Of a stretch of DNA of 64,000 nt, positions 57,731 to 64,000 are shown piece by piece. Below the pieces are notes generated by a model. The model saw only the letters and a list, made by a program, of their open reading frames with translations, did no database searches and was not told the DNA's origin. Position 1 is the stretch's first letter. Each line of letters starts with the position of its first letter. Where the stretch lies: the IMG/VR virus record IMGVR_UViG_3300011774_000001, positions 64,001 to 128,000 of that record, one strand, 5' to 3'. The DNA comes from a virus. Taxonomy: Duplodnaviria; Caudoviricetes. A program made the translations under genes and the position numbers.

Positions 57731-59195
57731 TTTCAACTTTGACCCAGCCCTGGTAAATGCCGAGTTTGAAAATAATCGGCAGGCCATCATCGATGGTTTG
57801 AAGGGTTTTCTTAAACTCGATTACAGCTTAGGTCATGATCCCATTCCAGAGACAGCGGCCGAAGCTGCCAGACGCTGGCTGCGCCCGGTTATTGATTGGG
57901 CTGAGAATCGTAAGGGCCACCCGGAGAAAATGTCCCGTGCCGAGGCCGAAGAGGCGGTAGACGGTATCCACAAGGACATCCGCGAACAACATGAGAACCT
58001 TGATCGGTCCATGGCACTGGTTAAGGAGATGCAGGCACAGCCCAACGCAGACCCTGCGCTGGAGTTCGTTCTTAAGACTCTAGAAGGTGCCAAGCGCGGT
58101 GGGGGCGTTGACCTGATCGAGATGTGCAATCGCGGCAAGCGTCTGTCTGACGGCCGGAGCCAGGAAGTCAAAGACATCATCCCAGTAAGCTTGCAGCAGA
58201 TCGCCCAGCGACTGCGCAGCCGGACAGGGCCAGTGGTCAGTCCTCTGGAAGTTGCAGAAGCTATCGAGGCACTACCAGAGAGCCTGCGTAAGCATCGCGA
58301 CTTGGTGGGCCGTGGACTGCTCAAGCCTCAGGTCACCTACGACCCGATAGTGACTGAAGTCAAGCAGTACATCGAAGACCTCGATGCTGCCCGTGGTTAT
58401 CTGATGCAGGCGGACATGCCTGAGCAGTTGGAACCCGTACTCGACTACATGCAAGCCCATCTGCGCTGGCTGATGACCCCACAACACGACTTCAAGCCGG
58501 TCATGGAACTCAAGCACATGGCCGAGATCATGCGCGACTGGATCGCAGCAGAAAGCCTGGCTTCGAATGTGAAGTTCGACATGAGCAACATGGTCGAGTC
58601 GCTGGACAAGTTGATTGCCCTGCACGTAGCTGAAGAACTGCCGGTCAAAGTTGAGGGGATTGACGGCCCTGCCAAGGTGAGTCGTCTGGGTTGGGCGATG
58701 GGCGTTATTAGTGATGCCATCAATGCTCATCCGTTCGACATTTCCCAGAAAGACCTGCGTGAAGTTCACACCTGGATGGAATCGATTGTGGTGAACACCC
58801 GCGGCTATGACAACCTCGGCAAAGAAGAATACGCATTGGTTCCTCTGCCGGGTAACCTGCCGGGCATCGCGATCGATTCGGTTCGTCAATACCTGGTCGA
58901 ATACGGCGAAGGGCGTCACACTGCTGAAGACCTGCGTGAAGCAGCCTGCCGTTCTGGCTCCCCAGCAATCTGCTACATGCCCGAATGGTTCGCGCAGACT
59001 TACGGCCACATGGGCAAGGGCGGCTTTGCCTCTCTGCTGTTCCACACCATGGTTTCCATAGCTGCAGAAACCACCCCCAAGAAGATCTACGTCAGTGGTA
59101 CGGAGCGCAAAGCGCTGGAGGCTGCCTTGAAGGCCGGCCAGACCACTGCATGGACAGACTTCATCCAGAATGCCGATAAGCGAGATGCGAAATGA
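57717..59195 (+). CDS. Hypothetical protein (492 aa, mostly helical)
   Basis: Long ORF overlapping tmk and DHFR; coding-like codon usage. Confidence 0.75.
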   Translation: MSQNNFNFDPALVNAEFENNRQAIIDGLKGFLKLDYSLGHDPIPETAAEAARRWLRPVIDWAENRKGHPEKMSRAEAEEAVDGIHKDIREQHENLDRSMALVKEMQAQPNADPALEFVLKTLEGAKRGGGVDLIEMCNRGKRLSDGRSQEVKDIIPVSLQQIAQRLRSRTGPVVSPLEVAEAIEALPESLRKHRDLVGRGLLKPQVTYDPIVTEVKQYIEDLDAARGYLMQADMPEQLEPVLDYMQAHLRWLMTPQHDFKPVMELKHMAEIMRDWIAAESLASNVKFDMSNMVESLDKLIALHVAEELPVKVEGIDGPAKVSRLGWAMGVISDAINAHPFDISQKDLREVHTWMESIVVNTRGYDNLGKEEYALVPLPGNLPGIAIDSVRQYLVEYGEGRHTAEDLREAACRSGSPAICYMPEWFAQTYGHMGKGGFASLLFHTMVSIAAETTPKKIYVSGTERKALEAALKAGQTTAWTDFIQNADKRDAK

Positions 59196-59887
59196 GTGAA
59201 CGAAAGATTGCCTGTATTCTTGCTATCAACAAGGCAGGCACCATTGGGCATGCGGGCAAACTCCCGTGGCACCTCCCTGACGATCTGGCGCGCTTTAAGC
59301 GCGTCGTTTCGGGTAACACCATGGTCATTGGTCGGGTGACTCACGAATCTCTTCAGGAGTTCCGTGAGGCGGCGGTGCGTAACCATGATCGCAAGGTCAA
59401 GGAAGTGTGGGATTGGTTTGAGGGTGAGAAGACCAAGCTGGAAGGCATGGACTACAAACCGGGTCGTTTGCAGCGCGAGATTGCCAAGGCAGCTTACCAG
59501 CGTGATCTGTCACTCGGCCTGATCCACCCGGTGTACGAACCCCACACCTTGCCCAACCGTCTGACCATTGTGATTTCTACCACAATGGAGCAGCCGACCA
59601 CCAACCCTGACTTGATTGTGGTGCGCTCTCCAGAAGAAGCGATCAAGTTTTGGCAGGAATGTGGTAAGGGCAATTTGTACGTCGCCGGTGGCGCCAAGCT
59701 GTACGAGGCCTTCTGGGACAAGATGGATTTGTGTCACGTCACTCTGGTTGAGAATACCGATGAGGGCGATACCAAGTTCAATTTCGAGCTGCAAAACCAT
59801 ACGTGGAAATTGCTGGCCAGACAGATCATGCGTCGTGAAGACCAGTCTGTCTCCCACACCTTCCATGTCTTTACCAAGAAGAGGTAG
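59192..59887 (+). CDS. folA: Dihydrofolate reductase with ~60-aa insertion
   Basis: IG..GKLPWHLPDDLARFK, GR.T.ES, LPNR, YVAGGA.LY, GDT.F. Confidence 0.9.
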   Translation: MSERKIACILAINKAGTIGHAGKLPWHLPDDLARFKRVVSGNTMVIGRVTHESLQEFREAAVRNHDRKVKEVWDWFEGEKTKLEGMDYKPGRLQREIAKAAYQRDLSLGLIHPVYEPHTLPNRLTIVISTTMEQPTTNPDLIVVRSPEEAIKFWQECGKGNLYVAGGAKLYEAFWDKMDLCHVTLVENTDEGDTKFNFELQNHTWKLLARQIMRREDQSVSHTFHVFTKKR

Positions 59888-59890
59888 CTC

Positions 59891-60265
59891 ATGCGGCTGT
59901 GGACAATTCAGATGGGCCAATGGCGCCTAGCACAACAAAAAAATATCCCCTTGGTGAATACCACGGTGATGTCTGGATTGTCCTGGCTGGCCCCTACCTG
60001 GGACATGGTTAAAGGCCACAAGCTTAACATCTATTCTGATGCGGAATACACGTCCAAGTTTATTCCCATGATGGCTATCTCCGAAAAAGACCACCGAGAC
60101 AAGTGGCTGGAGTTGGCTAACACAGAAGAAGTGGCCATTGCTTGTTATTGCAAAGCTGGGGCTTTCTGTCACCGCATGTTGTTGGTTGAAATATTGCGGG
60201 TATTCTGCGAACGAGAGGGAATTGAGTTTACCTACATGGGTGAACTCACCAAGGGGCTAACATGA
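59891..60265 (+). CDS. DUF488-like protein
   Basis: LAPTW and C.C.....CHR motifs. Confidence 0.65.
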   Translation: MRLWTIQMGQWRLAQQKNIPLVNTTVMSGLSWLAPTWDMVKGHKLNIYSDAEYTSKFIPMMAISEKDHRDKWLELANTEEVAIACYCKAGAFCHRMLLVEILRVFCEREGIEFTYMGELTKGLT

Positions 60266-60819
60266 CAAACCACTACGCTTATCAGCTGCATGGTGCTTAC
60301 AAGAATCTGGTGTCTGACGTTGTTCACGCATTGCGTGGCAGCGAATGGCCAGAAGAGGTGCAAGTGCTGGACGCATTGCCAGGCATTCCTTCTGGGGTGC
60401 CTGACCTGGACGTTCAGTTCATTGTAACCAAGATGGGTTCGATCAGTCTGTCGGCTACTTCTGGCGACAGCGTTCTGGCACTCTGGAGGTTGGAGCCTGA
60501 AGTAACCGGTATCAATGAAGGCACGTATCAGCTGATGATGATCGGCAAGATGCAGGCGGCCTTTGATCGGTTCTGGGATGTCTTTCATTCCAAGTGTACT
60601 CGCATCGACATGAACCACAATCGTCGTGGTGTGCATGCACCCACCATGAATTCGCGCATCTTCTTTACCGAGAAGGTATTGCGCTTGTGGCTGAGTGAAT
60701 CGGTTGGACTGGTGTTCCGTATCCGTCCTGGTGAAATCAGTGTGGGGCAAGACCTTTACCACACCAACCGCTCGTGGCGTCGTAACGTGCGCGAGTTGGT
60801 AGGTCTCGGTGCAAAATGA
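60262..60819 (+). CDS. Hypothetical protein
   Basis: ATGA overlap. Confidence 0.65.
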   Translation: MTNHYAYQLHGAYKNLVSDVVHALRGSEWPEEVQVLDALPGIPSGVPDLDVQFIVTKMGSISLSATSGDSVLALWRLEPEVTGINEGTYQLMMIGKMQAAFDRFWDVFHSKCTRIDMNHNRRGVHAPTMNSRIFFTEKVLRLWLSESVGLVFRIRPGEISVGQDLYHTNRSWRRNVRELVGLGAK

Positions 60820-61241
60820 AAACCCCCATCAACTCTGTATTGGAAGAGTTTGTTAATGACGTAGGGCTAGCCCTGGGCATGGACTGGCGCTACCTTTACC
60901 AACCGTACTACGACGACCCCTCTGCGGGTCTGGAGATTGAGATCTCGGTCTACGGAATCTTTATCTCCTATCCAACTGGCTACAACCAGGAACGAACAAC
61001 GGTCACCTACGGGATTAGCGACAAACATAACCCGGTGGATTGGGAAACTCTCCGGGCGGGTTTGATCTTCTTCTATCGGTTGATCGGGCAGCATGTGTTA
61101 CCAGACTGCGTCACCCAGAAACCTTGTGGGTTGACCAAGTTTGCAGTGGGCATGACCAAGGCAGTGTTGCAAGGCATGCGCGATAGTCGAGTTGTACTGA
61201 TGTCATTTAAAGACGGGCAGAACGACGTACGTTTCAGGTAA
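60816..61241 (+). CDS. Hypothetical protein
   Basis: ATGA overlap. Confidence 0.6.
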   Translation: MKTPINSVLEEFVNDVGLALGMDWRYLYQPYYDDPSAGLEIEISVYGIFISYPTGYNQERTTVTYGISDKHNPVDWETLRAGLIFFYRLIGQHVLPDCVTQKPCGLTKFAVGMTKAVLQGMRDSRVVLMSFKDGQNDVRFR

Positions 61242-61242
61242 G

Positions 61243-61283
61243 GGCATAACTGCCAGTCCCGGAGGACTGGCAGGCTTTTATGC
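61243..61283. terminator. Bidirectional hairpin flanked by GGCATAA / TTATGC
   Basis: GGCATAA-CTGCCAGTCC-CGGA-GGACTGGCAG-GCTTTTATGC. Confidence 0.65.
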
Positions 61284-61790
61284 TGCTGGGTAGTTCAGAC
61301 CGCCGAGATTGCGCACGGTAATGATCTCTGACAATGGAATCAGTTGGGGTTTGATTACCATGGTCAGCAACTCACCTTTGTAGAACATGGACTCAGGCGC
61401 GGCGCGCACAACCACGGTGGCCTCGTCTTCGTCCCATTCAATCGGGTCGTTGTGCAGATCAATGGGTTCTACGTTCATGCCGTAGTTGATCTGCAGTGCA
61501 GGGATCAAATCGTGAACCGTGTTGGCTCGGGTATTTAAAGTCAGGTGTTCGATACCCAGGTATTGGGTGAACAACCATTCCAGATCCAACTTATCAAAAG
61601 TGGATTCAACACTCCCCACCCAGCGCTTGGGATCGAGCGAGGTGATGGTCACTGCCGTGTCGCCAACCATTTCTGGATTGTCGTTAGGCCTGAGATTACC
61701 CACATGCAACAGGTCGTAAGGAATCTCATAATCGCTCGCTGCAAAGATCTGATCGAGCAAGATCTCCTTGTGTGGTTTTAGCGTAGACAT
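61278..61790 (-). CDS. Fibre-family paralog (domain A + tail)
   Basis: ATG 61790 with SD CAGGAG; GDT..W.G...FDKLDL; ends LGGLNYP. Confidence 0.7.
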   Translation of the reverse strand: MSTLKPHKEILLDQIFAASDYEIPYDLLHVGNLRPNDNPEMVGDTAVTITSLDPKRWVGSVESTFDKLDLEWLFTQYLGIEHLTLNTRANTVHDLIPALQINYGMNVEPIDLHNDPIEWDEDEATVVVRAAPESMFYKGELLTMVIKPQLIPLSEIITVRNLGGLNYPAA

Positions 61791-61877
61791 AACTGTCTCC
61801 TGTGTGTGCGCATACCATTCTTCAAGTGCCACCCACGAGAGACAATTTATCAGACTACCCCACATTTGGAGACCGCT

Positions 61878-62513
61878 ATGTCCTTCCTTTCCGATATCTC
61901 GATCCGTGAACGCTGTGTTGCCAAGATTCCAGGCAACCGTTTGGCCAACCCCATGATCGTACCTTTCTTTGAAGAGTCGGTAAAGACCGAAGTTCGCAAG
62001 ATGGGTAAGTGCGACGTGAACGTTGACGTCTTCTCGTATGGCCTCTCCAGCTATGGTTACGACGTACGCCTGGCTGATAGCCTGGAGATCTTCACCAACA
62101 TCAATAACGTGAGCGGCGATGCCAAACGTCCTGCTACGGGTAACAAGGTCAAGGCCGAGATCCTGACAGACAAATACGGTGGTCGCTTCGCATGGTTGCC
62201 GGCAGGTGGCTTCATGTTGGGTCACACCGTGGAATACTTCCGCATCCCTCGCGGCTGTATTGTCATCTGCCTGGGCAAGTCCAGCTATGCACGCGAAGGC
62301 ATCATTGTCAACGTGACCCCGCTGGAACCGGAATGGGAAGGCCAGGTGGTCATCGAGATCTCCAACACCTCAGGCGTGCCACAGAAGATCTACGTCGACG
62401 AAGGTATCAGTCAGTTCCTGTTCGGCATGGGCGACATGCTTTGCGCTGTCTCCTACAAGGACCGTGGTGGCAAATATCAGGGTCAGACCGGCATCACTCA
62501 CGGCAAGGTGTGA
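61878..62513 (+). CDS. dcd: dCTP deaminase
   Basis: SYGLSSYGYDVRL, GKSSYAR.G, VTPLEPEWEG, SY.DR.GKYQGQ.G. Confidence 0.95.
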   Translation: MSFLSDISIRERCVAKIPGNRLANPMIVPFFEESVKTEVRKMGKCDVNVDVFSYGLSSYGYDVRLADSLEIFTNINNVSGDAKRPATGNKVKAEILTDKYGGRFAWLPAGGFMLGHTVEYFRIPRGCIVICLGKSSYAREGIIVNVTPLEPEWEGQVVIEISNTSGVPQKIYVDEGISQFLFGMGDMLCAVSYKDRGGKYQGQTGITHGKV

Positions 62514-62515
62514 TC

Positions 62516-62764
62516 ATGCCTTCAATGAAGCTTAAGGACCACATGGCCCAGTTCATTGTGCTGAGCCCTACATTGGGTGAAGAGGTCGAGTTTATCTTGG
62601 GTGTCAATGCCCCGGACGACTTGGCCACCCAAGTGCAGGCATGGTGGGTCGATAACCCCAAGGCTACCGCCAAAGATGCAGCGCTGTGGATGCAGGGTAA
62701 GAACTGGGGCGTGTTGGCAGATTACGAGGCGATCTCTTTAGTTCGCCCAAGGAAGAAATCATGA
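62516..62764 (+). CDS. Hypothetical protein
   Basis: Follows dcd; AAGGTG SD. Confidence 0.55.
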   Translation: MPSMKLKDHMAQFIVLSPTLGEEVEFILGVNAPDDLATQVQAWWVDNPKATAKDAALWMQGKNWGVLADYEAISLVRPRKKS

Positions 62765-63267
62765 GAGCAGAAGATCCGTGGTTGGTGGCCCGCTACTCCC
62801 CAATGATGATCGATGACAATATCTACTTTGTCATTGCTGTTGGTTTACCGTCTGGGAATCTGCGTCGTAATAAATCGCCTCAGTTGGTGACCTACGTTGA
62901 TCCTCGCACTGGCGCTGAGTACACCCGTGAGAAAGAGGACTTCATGGTGCGGGCTGCTTACGCCACCTTGGATCAGGTTCAGAACATCCTGGACTATCTC
63001 AAGCCGTACAACTACAAGGCCGTGCAAGTCATGGCGCAACATCGGGATGCAATTCCTATCACGCTGGTAGTTCGTTCGTACCCCGATGCTCGTGGGCCTG
63101 TACTCAACTACACGGATCGTGCGCTGATCCACAATTACGGTGCAGCGCTTGATCCTCATGATCCTGCCAATTCTATTGTGGTGGCTGCCCGATTGTTGGA
63201 AGAACCCACGGCCACCAAATTTATGCGTCTGACCAATATCTTGGCCAAGACTATCTGGAGCGTTTAA
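62761..63267 (+). CDS. Hypothetical protein
   Basis: ATGA overlap; SD AAGGA. Confidence 0.65.
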   Translation: MRAEDPWLVARYSPMMIDDNIYFVIAVGLPSGNLRRNKSPQLVTYVDPRTGAEYTREKEDFMVRAAYATLDQVQNILDYLKPYNYKAVQVMAQHRDAIPITLVVRSYPDARGPVLNYTDRALIHNYGAALDPHDPANSIVVAARLLEEPTATKFMRLTNILAKTIWSV

Positions 63268-63268
63268 A

Positions 63269-63526
63269 ATGGTAATGCGTGTTTGGCCAGCTAAGGTCAA
63301 GATCGAAGTGACCCGCCTTCTGGATCAAGATGTTAAGGTTCCAGGCGATGCCGTTGTCCATCAGGAGCAACTCATTGTTCGTGTAGAAGGTCTGTGTGCA
63401 GACGCTGTGCTGCGCAAGATCAAAGACCACTACAAGGCCATCGACAAGAACTGCGAGGTCAAGTTCCTGAGCGGGGTTGACTGGTATCCTGCCGACATGA
63501 TTGGCAAAATTGAATTAAGTTTCTAA
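63269..63526 (+). CDS. Hypothetical protein
   Basis: SD GGAG. Confidence 0.6.
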   Translation: MVMRVWPAKVKIEVTRLLDQDVKVPGDAVVHQEQLIVRVEGLCADAVLRKIKDHYKAIDKNCEVKFLSGVDWYPADMIGKIELSF

Positions 63527-63566
63527 GGGTTCTGCTAGATGTATTAGTAGAACCTATAAGGATCGC

Positions 63567-63851
63567 ATGATGCGACGGATTCTTTTAGGGGGATCGGGGT
63601 TGGGACTTGCTTTGGCTTTGGCTACACTGGCACATGCCGTGGAGCCGGTTTGCGATGGAGTGGAGTGTCCGTCTTTCGAGACGGATGACACCGCTGACCT
63701 GCGCGTTGCCGCTAGCTCTCCCAGCTCTCGATTCCCCGCCTATTCGGCTGTACCTACGAGCAGAGAACTAGGTGCCGCCCCTCTGAACCGCACGAGTCGG
63801 GATCGTGTATGGACAGCTGGGGTCGCGCACAGTCCGATGAAGACCTTTTGA
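63567..63851 (+). CDS. Possible secreted small protein
   Basis: Sec-type signal MRRILLGGSGLGLALALATLAHA|V; SD AAGGA. Confidence 0.4.
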   Translation: MMRRILLGGSGLGLALALATLAHAVEPVCDGVECPSFETDDTADLRVAASSPSSRFPAYSAVPTSRELGAAPLNRTSRDRVWTAGVAHSPMKTF

Positions 63852-64000
63852 ATCCAGGGGTGTAACGCCGGCATAGCCCACTATCAAATCCGGCACTTAA
63901 GGAAAACAAGGAGCATCACACGAACTACTTGATCCGCTGGGCACTTCTGTTGCTCGGGTCAGTAGTCGCAGTACCGACCATCCTGACGCGGAATGCTACC

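Overview
Window from a phiKZ/SPN3US-like jumbo myophage (Chimalliviridae-type), probably infecting Pseudomonas, judged from its host-like thymidylate kinase. Homology calls are by motif, size and synteny, not database search. Core blocks follow SPN3US/phiKZ gene order: (i) a partial giant tail protein (gp181-like) divergent from virion RNA polymerase subunits (gp180/gp178/gp176-like), a gp177-like head protein and the prohead protease; (ii) tail tube and sheath divergent from gp28/27/26-like proteins and large terminase, followed by a gp32-like gene. Two accessory regions (14.9-24 kb, 36.6-43.3 kb) start at a shared early-promoter-like motif. They carry a proteasome-beta/HslV-like gene with a possible inactive paralog, a family of tiny proteins with an N-terminal '..NxQ' motif, and a cassette array whose Shine-Dalgarno sites sit in a conserved, covarying hairpin. 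A 16-gene modular fibre/adhesin locus (44.5-57 kb plus 61.3-61.8 kb) contains adaptors whose N-terminal strand repeats match the number of adjacent lectin-like genes. A macrodomain gene, tmk, an insertion-bearing DHFR, a DUF488-like gene and dcd are also present. Twelve intergenic GC-rich hairpins are followed by TATGC(C). No tRNA, rRNA or CRISPR array was seen.
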